DNA of 37,309 nt, taken from NCBI GenBank assembly GCA_044337585.1, contig JBIINH010000004.1:1-37309 (forward strand), read 5' to 3'. This DNA is from Bacteroidia bacterium. GTDB taxonomy: Bacteria; Bacteroidota; Bacteroidia; UKL13-3. The translations under genes and the position numbers were made by a program. The stretch's first letter is position 1; each line of letters opens with the position of its first letter. Shown piece by piece: positions 29,029 to 37,309 of the stretch. Below the pieces are notes generated by a model. The model did not search any database and was not told the DNA's origin. It saw only the letters and a program-made list of their open reading frames with translations.

Positions 29029-29290
29029 ATTAACAGATATAGAATATGATATACTGAATGCAGTATATTTTGTTGAGCCATTTGACAATATAGTAAGTGA
29101 ATGCAACGCACCTGTACCAATTGTTGCAGATGTAATTAAACAACTTATTCATAAAAAATATATTGCTGCAATGCAATGGGATGAAGTCAAGAAAGAATAT
29201 GTGCGGTCATATATTTATGATACAGACAATATGAAAAGTTTTTTTTATTTGGCAACAAAAGATGGACTAATTGCACACAATAGCAGGTAA
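29021..29290 (+). CDS. Small hypothetical protein (possible winged helix)
   Basis: ATG at 29021 overlaps the GT2 end; 89 aa 'ELTDIEYDILNAVYF...VIKQLIHKKYI...YLATKDGL'; fits the operon packing. Confidence 0.7.
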   Translation: MSELTDIEYDILNAVYFVEPFDNIVSECNAPVPIVADVIKQLIHKKYIAAMQWDEVKKEYVRSYIYDTDNMKSFFYLATKDGLIAHNSR

Positions 29291-29291
29291 T

Positions 29292-30290
29292 ATGAAAGCA
29301 GCAATACTTGATTCGATAAACAATGAATTAAAAATAGCAGAAATAGATAAGCCAATTTTGAACGAAGGCGAATCTCTTGTTAGGTTACATGCAGCCGCAC
29401 TCAATCACCGTGATGTTTGGATTCAAAAAGGACAATATGCAGGCATTCGTTTCCCCATCATTTTAGGTTCAGATGGTGCAGGTGTGTTGGAATTAGCCAA
29501 AGGAGAGTATAATAATGAGTTGTTGAATAAAAACGTAATTATTAATCCGAGTTTAAATTGGGGAAACAATCCCCGAATACAAGCCAAGGATTATGTGATT
29601 CTTGGAACTCCAGATAATGGAACATTTGCAAAATATGTAAAAGTACCTTCTCGTTTGGTATATCCAATGCCGCCTCATTTATCATTTGAGCAGGCCGCAG
29701 CATTGCCACTCGCAGGACTTACAGCTTTTCGTGCCATCATGAAAAGAGCAGGAGCCCAAGTGGGGGATAAGGTTTTGGTTACAGGAGTAGGCGGTGGAGT
29801 GGCTCTTTTTTGTATGCAGTTTGCCATTGCTGCGGGGTGTGAGGTTTTTGTAACATCTGGTAGTGATGACAAGTTGCAAAAAGCGAAAAGCTTAGGTGCA
29901 ACAGGTGGGGTTAATTACAAACAACCAGATTGGGACAAGCAATTAAAATCAATTGCCGGTGGATTTGATGTAATCATCGACAGTAGTGGGGGAGATACGT
30001 TTCCAAAGCTTGTTGACTTGGCAAAACCAGCGGCACGAATTGCCATGTATGGTGCAACACTTGGCGAATTTAAAAGTGGAGTTGCGGCAAAAATATTCTG
30101 GAAGCAGCTAGATATTTTAGGCTCCACAATGGGAAATGATGAAGAGTTTAGAGAGATGTTAGCTTTTATAAACGAAAACAAGATCATACCAGTAGTTGAT
30201 GAAGTTTTCTCATTAGAAGAGATAAATAAGGCCATGCAAAAAATGGAATCTTCGTCACAATTTGGAAAGTTGGTGCTAAAAATTAATTAA
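29292..30290 (+). CDS. MDR-family zinc-binding dehydrogenase / quinone oxidoreductase-like
   Basis: AAALNHRD, ILGSDGAG, AAALPLAGLTA, VLVTGVGGGVA, GSTMG, QFGKLVL. Confidence 0.9.
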   Translation: MKAAILDSINNELKIAEIDKPILNEGESLVRLHAAALNHRDVWIQKGQYAGIRFPIILGSDGAGVLELAKGEYNNELLNKNVIINPSLNWGNNPRIQAKDYVILGTPDNGTFAKYVKVPSRLVYPMPPHLSFEQAAALPLAGLTAFRAIMKRAGAQVGDKVLVTGVGGGVALFCMQFAIAAGCEVFVTSGSDDKLQKAKSLGATGGVNYKQPDWDKQLKSIAGGFDVIIDSSGGDTFPKLVDLAKPAARIAMYGATLGEFKSGVAAKIFWKQLDILGSTMGNDEEFREMLAFINENKIIPVVDEVFSLEEINKAMQKMESSSQFGKLVLKIN

Positions 30291-30296
30291 ACACTC

Positions 30297-31229
30297 ATGA
30301 TCTCCCAAAGCCAGTATTCATTAGCAATTAAGCAAAAGGCATTATCGCTAGGATTCTCTAATATTGGAATCTCTAAAGCTGTATTTTTAGAAGATGAGGC
30401 TCCTCGTTTAGAAAACTGGCTTAATCAGGGTCGGCATGGTAAAATGTCTTACATGGAAAATCATTTTGACAAGCGCCTTGATCCTCGATTACTTGTTGAT
30501 GGTGCTAAATCGGTCGTTTCCTTTTTATACAATTATTTCCCTTCAACAACTATTGCTACAGGCCAACTGCAAGTATCAAAGTATGCATACGGGGAAGACT
30601 ACCATTTTGTGGTGAAAGAAAAATTAGTTGAATTGCTTGAATGGATGAAGCAAGAAATTGGTGAAATAAATGGGAGGGTTTTTGTTGATTCGGCACCAGT
30701 TTTAGAAAGGGCATGGGCAGCCAAAAGCGGATTGGGTTGGGTAGGTAAAAATGGCAATATCATAAATAAGCAAACAGGGTCATTCTTTTTTTTGGCAGAA
30801 ATGATAATTGATTTGGAGTTAGAAAATGATTTACCAACAACAGACCATTGTGGATCTTGCACGGCTTGTTTGGATGCGTGCCCTACAAATGCCATCATAG
30901 CACCACAACAAGTGGATGGGAGTAAATGTATTTCTTATTTCACGATTGAACTGAAAGAACACATCCCCACAGAAATGAAAGGAAAATTTGACAATTGGAT
31001 TTTTGGCTGCGATATCTGCCAAGATGTATGCCCTTGGAATCGGTTTTCAATACCACATCATCAACCTCGTTTTGAGCCTTCAAGCGATTTGTTGCAAGCG
31101 GATACAAATTTTTGGAAAGAACTTACAGAAGAAACTTTTCATAAAATTTTTAAAAAGTCGCCTGTACAACGTACTAAATACAACGGTTTAATTCGTAATA
31201 TTGACTTTGTATTAAATTCAACACTTTGA
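30297..31229 (+). CDS. queG: tRNA epoxyqueuosine(34) reductase
   Basis: [59 protein letters not shown]. Confidence 0.95.
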   Translation: MISQSQYSLAIKQKALSLGFSNIGISKAVFLEDEAPRLENWLNQGRHGKMSYMENHFDKRLDPRLLVDGAKSVVSFLYNYFPSTTIATGQLQVSKYAYGEDYHFVVKEKLVELLEWMKQEIGEINGRVFVDSAPVLERAWAAKSGLGWVGKNGNIINKQTGSFFFLAEMIIDLELENDLPTTDHCGSCTACLDACPTNAIIAPQQVDGSKCISYFTIELKEHIPTEMKGKFDNWIFGCDICQDVCPWNRFSIPHHQPRFEPSSDLLQADTNFWKELTEETFHKIFKKSPVQRTKYNGLIRNIDFVLNSTL

Positions 31230-32452
31230 CATTTAAATTAACACATTATATACCACGTCTACTATTTTGTATCATCTTGATACAATTTCCGAACCTTTAC
31301 GCTCAATCGAATCAGAAAAAACCTTCCGATGATAATTTTGGAGTAAAATTGGGAATAAACTATTCCCTACTTGGAGCCAGTTATAATTCGTTCAATGGAG
31401 CAGCAATGCCAATTGGGGGTATGTTTTATTCAAAGTCAATATTAAATTTTTTGGATGTAACAGGTGAATTAGGTTTTTCAGCTATTCGCGTAAAGAAAAA
31501 TCAATCTGATACCCGATACAATTACAGTTATTTAGATGGAACCTTAATGGCTAGTCTCTATCCATCAGGAGATAATAAAGATTTTGCATTTTTGCTTGGA
31601 CTTCGTACGTATTATTTAATGTCATATAGCACAGAGGCATTTACATTGGGAAATTATTTAAGGGTTACAGATCCTACTAATTTGAACGAACAAGGCTCAA
31701 CTGGTTTCTCTCCAATGTTTGGTGTATCGCTTAGGTTGTCGCCTATTGTAAATATTGAAATGTCGTATTTACATACACTAAAGTCCAATAATACACCCCA
31801 ATCATTAGAAGGGAGGCCATCTACCATTGAATTTGGAATAAGGCTAAATGCATCCGGTATACGTATTCAATCAAATCAAGAGATAAGTAAGAATAAGCAA
31901 ACAGCTGAAGCCATGAAAAATGGTGCAGCTTTTATAATGCTAACCACAGTTAATGAAAATGAAATAAAAGCATTACGTGCTGCCGGATTTACTGAAGATG
32001 TTGAAGAAATTGAGATAGAGATGAAGCAAAGGAATGCAGCCATTGCAAAAGCATTTCGAGACAATTTTACCATCGGTAAGCTTTATTTCTTCTATGATTC
32101 GAGCGCGTCAAAAATTTTACGTGGTGATTTTAACAATGTATTTCTTGATGCAAATCTACAACCTAGTAGTATAATCCAATACAACGACACCCAATCTTAC
32201 TATATCATTTCTTTTTGTGAAGACGTATCATCCTACACCGATAGGACGCAATTTGGCTTATATGTATATGATGAAAAATTTATTCAATTACCAAAACCTT
32301 TTAATACCCCATCGCAACTCATTTCTCCTGTTTTAGAAGGGGATCCTATGAATTATTTTAAGAAAAGGCGGTACAATTTTTCTTTGGTACCATTTGGGAA
32401 TTATATCACAAAATTGCAAGCCAGGATAAATCGGCTATTGCTTGAATACTAA
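31226..32452 (+). CDS. Outer-membrane beta-barrel (PorT/OMP_b-brl-like) fused to an uncharacterised C-terminal domain
   Basis: TTGA overlap with queG, signal peptide (LYA|QS), '[10 protein letters not shown]', alternating beta strands ending at 'TIEFGIRLN', then ~200 aa of alpha/beta sequence. Confidence 0.65.
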   Translation: MTFKLTHYIPRLLFCIILIQFPNLYAQSNQKKPSDDNFGVKLGINYSLLGASYNSFNGAAMPIGGMFYSKSILNFLDVTGELGFSAIRVKKNQSDTRYNYSYLDGTLMASLYPSGDNKDFAFLLGLRTYYLMSYSTEAFTLGNYLRVTDPTNLNEQGSTGFSPMFGVSLRLSPIVNIEMSYLHTLKSNNTPQSLEGRPSTIEFGIRLNASGIRIQSNQEISKNKQTAEAMKNGAAFIMLTTVNENEIKALRAAGFTEDVEEIEIEMKQRNAAIAKAFRDNFTIGKLYFFYDSSASKILRGDFNNVFLDANLQPSSIIQYNDTQSYYIISFCEDVSSYTDRTQFGLYVYDEKFIQLPKPFNTPSQLISPVLEGDPMNYFKKRRYNFSLVPFGNYITKLQARINRLLLEY

Positions 32453-32504
32453 TTCAATTCGCATCAATTGGTTCTATATTTTTATACTGATTAGGCTGAG
32501 TTGA

Positions 32505-32618
32505 CGACTAGGAATCAACGCAAACAGCATTCAAATCACTGAAATGAGTGAATTGTCGGCAGGTATTTACATTGTAACCCTGGATGATGGCACTGCCATA
32601 AAAGTCATTAAGCAATAA
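32505..32618 (+). pseudogene. Orphan remnant of a T9SS C-terminal sorting domain
   Basis: Frame reads RLGINANSIQITEMSELSAGIYIVTLDDGTAIKVIKQ*, containing the LxxGxYxV...KxIK CTD signature. It is bounded upstream by TGA at 32502 and followed by a terminator. Confidence 0.65.
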
Positions 32619-32641
32619 GCCGTTAATCAAAAATGATGTTT

Positions 32642-32678
32642 AAGTCGGGCAACTAAATACGGGGCTCGACTTTTTTTT
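32642..32678 (+). terminator. Intrinsic terminator
   Basis: AAGTCGGGC...GCTCGACTT stem (one G-U) running into a T8 tract. Confidence 0.75.
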
Positions 32679-32697
32679 ACTTTTTTTAGGGAAAAAC

Positions 32698-32727
32698 TTG
32701 CGGTATCAAATTAATCACCTACTTTCG
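32698..32727 (+). promoter_or_regulatory. Upstream promoter P1 (TTG-N19-TACTTTCG)
   Basis: TTG at 32698-32700, 19-nt spacer, TACTTTCG at 32720-32727. Confidence 0.55.
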
Positions 32728-32729
32728 CA

Positions 32730-32801
32730 ACCCCAATAATAACTATACGGGGTAACAAAAGTATAGTAAAGACTGATGGTTGGACCAGCTAACCCGCTCA
32801 G
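32730..32801 (+). ncRNA. Putative structured RNA (H-type pseudoknot plus hairpin), either a leader or an sRNA upstream of rpsL
   Basis: Interleaved stems ACCCC(32730-34)/GGGGT(32749-53) and ACTATAC(32742-48)/GTATAGT(32761-67); then hairpin CTGA.GGTTGG-ACCAG-CTAACC...TCAG. Starts directly after a promoter box. Confidence 0.45.
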
Positions 32802-32836
32802 CATTGAATATTTTTTAAATATTTTTTGTCAGGCAC

Positions 32837-32867
32837 TTGCTTAGCTCGGTACAACAATCTACCTTTG
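32837..32867 (+). promoter_or_regulatory. Canonical promoter P2 of the rpsL (str/S10) operon
   Basis: TTG at 32837-39, 20-nt spacer, TACCTTTG at 32860-67. Confidence 0.8.
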
Positions 32868-32902
32868 CCGTCCTTTTAACAAAAGCTAAAGCATTTAAAA
32901 AT

Positions 32903-33313
32903 ATGCCTACTATACAACAATTAGTAAGAAAAGGTCGCCAAGACGTTTCATTCAAGAGTAAATCTCCGGCACTTGATTCATGCCCTCAACGCAGAGGTGT
33001 GTGTACACGTGTGTATACTACTACGCCTAAAAAGCCAAACTCGGCTATGCGTAAAGTAGCACGTGTTAGGTTAACCAACGGAAATGAAGTAAACGCTTAC
33101 ATCCCGGGAGAAGGTCACAACTTACAAGAGCACTCTATTGTATTGGTGCGTGGAGGAAGGGTAAAAGATTTACCGGGAGTTCGTTACCATATTGTTCGCG
33201 GAGCATTGGATACAGCAGGTGTTGCAGGCCGTAACCAAAGACGTTCTAAATACGGAACCAAGAAGCCAAAACCTGGACAAGCAGCAGCAGATCCTAAAGC
33301 AAAGAAAAAATAA
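32903..33313 (+). CDS. rpsL: 30S ribosomal protein S12
   Basis: [33 protein letters not shown]. True start is ATG 32903. Confidence 0.98.
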   Translation: MPTIQQLVRKGRQDVSFKSKSPALDSCPQRRGVCTRVYTTTPKKPNSAMRKVARVRLTNGNEVNAYIPGEGHNLQEHSIVLVRGGRVKDLPGVRYHIVRGALDTAGVAGRNQRRSKYGTKKPKPGQAAADPKAKKK

Positions 33314-33339
33314 TTAGACATTAGGAAAGATTCATATTT

Positions 33340-33810
33340 ATGAGAAAAAGTAAACCTAAAAAACGCATTCTAGTACCAGATCCGAAATTTAATGACGTGA
33401 TGGTAACTCGCTTTGTAAACAATATGATGTGGAGCGGTAAGAAAAGTACAGCTTACGCAATTTTTTATGATGCGTTAGACAAAGTTGAAGGCAAAATGCA
33501 AGAGCGTGGACTTGATGTTTGGAAAAAAGCACTAGGAAACGTTATGCCATCTGTAGAAGTAAAAGCGCGTAGGGTAGGTGGTGCAACTTTCCAGATTCCT
33601 ATTGAAGTTCCTGCAGATCGCAAAATCGCAGTAGGGATGAAATGGTTAATTGATTATTCACGCAAGCGTTCTGAGAAATCAATGGCTGATAAACTTGCAG
33701 GCGAAATCATTGCGGCATCAAAAGGTGAAGGAGCTTCTGTTAAAAAACGTGAAGATACACACCGCATGGCTGAAGCAAATAAAGCATTCTCTCACTTTAA
33801 AGTTAGTTAA
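33340..33810 (+). CDS. rpsG: 30S ribosomal protein S7
   Basis: RRVGGATFQIP, HRMAEANKAFSHF. Confidence 0.98.
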   Translation: MRKSKPKKRILVPDPKFNDVMVTRFVNNMMWSGKKSTAYAIFYDALDKVEGKMQERGLDVWKKALGNVMPSVEVKARRVGGATFQIPIEVPADRKIAVGMKWLIDYSRKRSEKSMADKLAGEIIAASKGEGASVKKREDTHRMAEANKAFSHFKVS

Positions 33811-33842
33811 CAATAATCTCTTAAAAATCCATAAAAGATAAA

Positions 33843-35948
33843 ATGTCACGCGACTTATCATTAACAAGAAACATAGGTATTGCAGCCCATATTGATGCCG
33901 GTAAAACTACAACTACCGAACGCATTCTTTATTATTCTGGTGTAAACCACAAGATAGGAGAGGTGCATGATGGTGCTTCAACAATGGATTGGATGGTTCA
34001 GGAAGCAGAACGTGGTATTACCATTACATCTGCTGCTACTACTGTACCTTGGAAATACAGAAGTAAAGATTATCAAATTAATATTATTGATACACCAGGC
34101 CACGTGGACTTTACTGTAGAGGTAAATCGTTCGTTGCGTGTCTTGGACGGATTGGTATTTTTGTTTTCAGCGGTTGATGGTGTGGAGCCACAGTCAGAAA
34201 CTAACTGGCGCTTAGCAAATAATTACAACGTAGCTCGTTTAGGTTTCGTAAATAAAATGGATCGTGCAGGTGCCGATTTCTTGAACGTGTGCAAGCAAGT
34301 TCGTGAAATGTTAGGTAGCAATGCCGTTCCTCTTCAATTACCTATTGGTGCCGAAGATGGATTCCGTGGAGTTGTTGATTTAATCAACTTCCGTGGAATG
34401 ATTTGGAATGAAGCTGATAAGGGTATGACCTACGAAGTGATTGATATTCCTGCTGATATGTTGGAAGAATCATTGGAATGGAGAGAAAAACTTCTTGAAG
34501 CCGTTTCAGAATACGATGACAAATTGATGGAGAAATTTTTCGAAGATCCTAAGTCAATCTCTGAACGCGAAATACTAGATGCTTTACGCAAAGCCGTGGT
34601 AGACATGAAAATTGTACCTATGCTTTGTGGATCGTCATTTAAAAATAAAGGAGTACAAACCATGTTGGACTTGGTAATGGAATTATTACCTAGTCCACTT
34701 GATAAGAAAAGTATTGTAGGAACAAACCCTGATACAGGTGCAGAAGTTTCCCGCAAACCAAGCTATGATGAACCTTTTGCTGCCTTGGCATTTAAAATTG
34801 CTACAGATCCATTCGTAGGTCGCTTAGCATTTATGCGTGCTTACTCAGGTAAATTGGATGCAGGTTCATACGTGTTAAATATGCGTAGTGGAAACAAAGA
34901 ACGCATCTCACGTATCTTCCAAATGCACGCCAATAAGCAAAATCCAATTGAATATTTAGGTGCAGGTGATATCGGAGCAGCAGTAGGATTTAAAGATATA
35001 AAAACAGGAGATACCTTATGCGATGAAAAGCACCCAATCGTGCTTGAAGCGATGAACTTCCCAGATCCCGTAATCGGTTTGGCTGTAGAGCCAAAAACAC
35101 AAGCTGACTCTGATAAATTAGGTATGTCTTTGGCTAAATTAGCTGAAGAAGATCCAACATTCCGTGTTCATACAGACGAAGAAACAGGACAAACTGTAAT
35201 ATCTGGAATGGGTGAATTACATTTAGAAATCATTGTTGATAGATTGAGACGTGAGTTCAAAGTAGAATGTAACCAAGGAGCACCTCAGGTATCATATAAA
35301 GAAACGATTACAAAAAATGTATCACACCGAGAGGTATATAAGAAACAAACAGGTGGTCGCGGTAAATTTGCAGACATTCAGTTTGAATTAATACCAGGAG
35401 ATAATGAAAAAGTTGGTCTTGAATTTGTAAACGAAATTGTAGGAGGTTCAATTCCTAAAGAATTTATTCCTTCAGTACAAAAAGGTTTCGACCAAGCGAT
35501 GAAGAATGGTGTATTGGCAGGGTATGCTATCGAGAGTTTGAAAGTTCGTTTGTTTGATGGTTCATTCCACGCAGTCGATTCTGATGCCTTATCATTCGAA
35601 TTAGCCGCAAAAATTGGATTTAAAGAAGCAGCTCGTAAAGCAAGCCCGGTTTTATTGGAGCCAATCATGAAATTAGAAGTTTTAACACCAGAAGAGAATA
35701 TGGGAGATGTGATAGGTGATTTGAACAAACGCAGAGGACAATTAGAAGGTATGGATTCAAGAGCCGGATCTCAAGTTATCAAGGCAAAAGTTCCATTAGC
35801 AGAAATGTTTGGATATGTTACACAATTACGCACCCTTTCATCAGGACGCGCAACTTCTACTATGGAATTCAGTCATTACTCCGAAGCACCACGAAATGTT
35901 CAAGAAGAGGTGTTAGCAAAAGTACAAGGTAAAGCAGCAAAAGCTTAA
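33843..35948 (+). CDS. fusA: Elongation factor G
   Basis: [48 protein letters not shown]. Confidence 0.98.
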   Translation: MSRDLSLTRNIGIAAHIDAGKTTTTERILYYSGVNHKIGEVHDGASTMDWMVQEAERGITITSAATTVPWKYRSKDYQINIIDTPGHVDFTVEVNRSLRVLDGLVFLFSAVDGVEPQSETNWRLANNYNVARLGFVNKMDRAGADFLNVCKQVREMLGSNAVPLQLPIGAEDGFRGVVDLINFRGMIWNEADKGMTYEVIDIPADMLEESLEWREKLLEAVSEYDDKLMEKFFEDPKSISEREILDALRKAVVDMKIVPMLCGSSFKNKGVQTMLDLVMELLPSPLDKKSIVGTNPDTGAEVSRKPSYDEPFAALAFKIATDPFVGRLAFMRAYSGKLDAGSYVLNMRSGNKERISRIFQMHANKQNPIEYLGAGDIGAAVGFKDIKTGDTLCDEKHPIVLEAMNFPDPVIGLAVEPKTQADSDKLGMSLAKLAEEDPTFRVHTDEETGQTVISGMGELHLEIIVDRLRREFKVECNQGAPQVSYKETITKNVSHREVYKKQTGGRGKFADIQFELIPGDNEKVGLEFVNEIVGGSIPKEFIPSVQKGFDQAMKNGVLAGYAIESLKVRLFDGSFHAVDSDALSFELAAKIGFKEAARKASPVLLEPIMKLEVLTPEENMGDVIGDLNKRRGQLEGMDSRAGSQVIKAKVPLAEMFGYVTQLRTLSSGRATSTMEFSHYSEAPRNVQEEVLAKVQGKAAKA

Positions 35949-35952
35949 TAAC

Positions 35953-36261
35953 ATGGTTAATCAAAAAATCAGAATTAAACTCAAGTCGTTCGATTATAAT
36001 CTAGTTGATAAATCAGCAGAAAAAATCGTTCGCACCGTTAAATCAACGGGAGCTATAGTAAGTGGACCGATTCCACTTCCTACTCAAAAGAGGATTTACA
36101 CAGTGTTGCGTTCGCCACACGTGAACAAAAAAGCAAGAGAGCAGTTCCAACTTTGCTCATATAAGCGTATGTTGGATATATACAGTTCTACCGCAAAAAC
36201 TGTTGATGCACTTATGAAATTGGAACTACCTAGCGGGGTAGAAGTAGAAATTAAAGTTTGA
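35953..36261 (+). CDS. rpsJ: 30S ribosomal protein S10
   Basis: [30 protein letters not shown]. Confidence 0.98.
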   Translation: MVNQKIRIKLKSFDYNLVDKSAEKIVRTVKSTGAIVSGPIPLPTQKRIYTVLRSPHVNKKAREQFQLCSYKRMLDIYSSTAKTVDALMKLELPSGVEVEIKV

Positions 36262-36272
36262 TTTTAAACATT

Positions 36273-36890
36273 ATGTCAGGACTTATAGGTAAAAAAATTG
36301 GTATGACCAGCATCTTCGATAAAAATGGCAAGAACGTAGCTTGTACCATTATCGAAGCAGGACCTTGTGTGGTAACTCAGGTGAAGACTCCGGAAAAAGA
36401 CGGATACACCGCTGTGCAGCTGGCATATGGCGAGCGTAAAGAGAAAAACACTCCCGCTCCTCTTAAAGGTATTTATGCGAAAGCCAATACAACTCCAAAA
36501 TCAAAAATGGTAGAATTTACCGGTTTTGAAAACGAACTTCAACTTGGACAAACAGTAACTGTTGACCTATTTGAAGAAGGAGAATTTGTAGACGTAGTAG
36601 GTACATCAAAAGGAAAAGGCTTTCAAGGTGTTGTAAAACGTCATGGTTTTAGTGGTGTTGGTATGGGTTCACACGGTCAGCATGACCGTCAACGCGCACC
36701 AGGTTCAATCGGTGCATCTTCATTCCCTTCAAAGGTTTTGAAAGGCATGCGTATGGCCGGTCGTATGGGTGGTGTAAGAGTGAAGAAAACCAATCTTGAA
36801 ATTTTAAAAGTGTATAAGGATAAAAATCTTTTAGTAATAAAAGGTAGCATTCCTGGACACAATGGTTCATTCTTATTTATCGAGAAATAA
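36273..36890 (+). CDS. rplC: 50S ribosomal protein L3
   Basis: [49 protein letters not shown]. Start at ATG 36273. Confidence 0.98.
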   Translation: MSGLIGKKIGMTSIFDKNGKNVACTIIEAGPCVVTQVKTPEKDGYTAVQLAYGERKEKNTPAPLKGIYAKANTTPKSKMVEFTGFENELQLGQTVTVDLFEEGEFVDVVGTSKGKGFQGVVKRHGFSGVGMGSHGQHDRQRAPGSIGASSFPSKVLKGMRMAGRMGGVRVKKTNLEILKVYKDKNLLVIKGSIPGHNGSFLFIEK

Positions 36891-36892
36891 AC

Positions 36893-37309
36893 ATGGAATT
36901 AGCAGTATATAATATCAGCGGTTCTGAAACCGGAAAAAAGGCGAGTTTGAATGATGATATCTTCAATATCGAACCTAATGATCACGCCATTTATTTGGAT
37001 GTGAAACAATATCTGGCTAACCAACGTCAGGGAACACACAGCGCAAAGGAAAAAAGCCAAGTGAGTGGTTCTACTAAGAAGTTACACCGTCAAAAAGGTA
37101 CAGGTGGATCACGTAAAGGTAGTATCAAGTCTGGAACTTTTGTTGGTGGAGCCCGTATCCATGGACCACGTCCACGTGATTACAGTTTTAAATTGAATAA
37201 GAAAGTGAAACAACTTGCACGTAAATCAGCATTGACTTACAAAGCAAAAGAAAATAGCATCACTGTATTGGAGAATTTCAATTTAGATACTCCTAAAACG
37301 AAACAATAC
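36893..37309 (+). CDS. rplD: 50S ribosomal protein L4 (3'-truncated by window)
   Basis: Manual translation [10 protein letters not shown]...[10 protein letters not shown]...[10 protein letters not shown]...GPRPRDY...ARKSAL; no stop before the window end. Confidence 0.95.
   Translation, partial: MELAVYNISGSETGKKASLNDDIFNIEPNDHAIYLDVKQYLANQRQGTHSAKEKSQVSGSTKKLHRQKGTGGSRKGSIKSGTFVGGARIHGPRPRDYSFKLNKKVKQLARKSALTYKAKENSITVLENFNLDTPKTKQY

Noticed and set aside
32837-32902. 22-aa N-terminal extension of S12 in the ORF track (similar extensions on rsmA, ruvC, rplC and the MDR gene)
   Set aside because: Artefact of longest-ORF calling; the extension overlaps the promoter and the conserved start lies downstream.
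32903-33313. Streptomycin-resistance substitutions in S12
   Set aside because: The PKKPNS and RVKDLPG motifs are wild type.
35948-35953. Absence of tuf after fusA
   Set aside because: This is the normal Bacteroidota gene order (rpsL-rpsG-fusA-rpsJ).
1-37309. CRISPR arrays, IS elements, prophage or defence genes
   Set aside because: No regularly spaced nucleotide repeats were seen, and no transposase, integrase, phage or defence motifs; intergenic regions are short.

Overview
Bacteroidota chromosomal window (AT-rich, TAnnTTTG-type promoters, T9SS C-terminal domains, no tuf between fusA and rpsJ). It begins inside a giant (>2190 aa) T9SS-secreted protein built of ~585-aa beta-helix+Ig modules. 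Next come tRNA-Val(TAC), an AsmA-family gene, a conserved hypothetical gene, pdxA, a leucyl aminopeptidase, rsmA, mgtE and a D-2-hydroxyacid dehydrogenase. A tightly linked three-gene outer-membrane cassette follows: a large TonB-dependent receptor, a 1333-aa secreted protein with an atypical T9SS/FlgD-Ig tail, and a PorV/PorQ-family barrel. Then greA, HIT, an RRM protein, ruvC, a flippase-like/GT2/small wHTH/MDR/queG/beta-barrel-fusion run, and rpsL-rpsG-fusA-rpsJ-rplC-rplD (partial). No mobile element, CRISPR array or rRNA was seen. The best candidates for novelty are (1) the TBDR-cargo-PorV cassette, which looks like a SusD-independent uptake system with its own T9SS shuttle, and (2) a promoter-proximal H-type pseudoknot RNA upstream of rpsL, next to an orphan T9SS-CTD gene remnant. 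All family assignments come from motif recognition by eye; no database searches were run.
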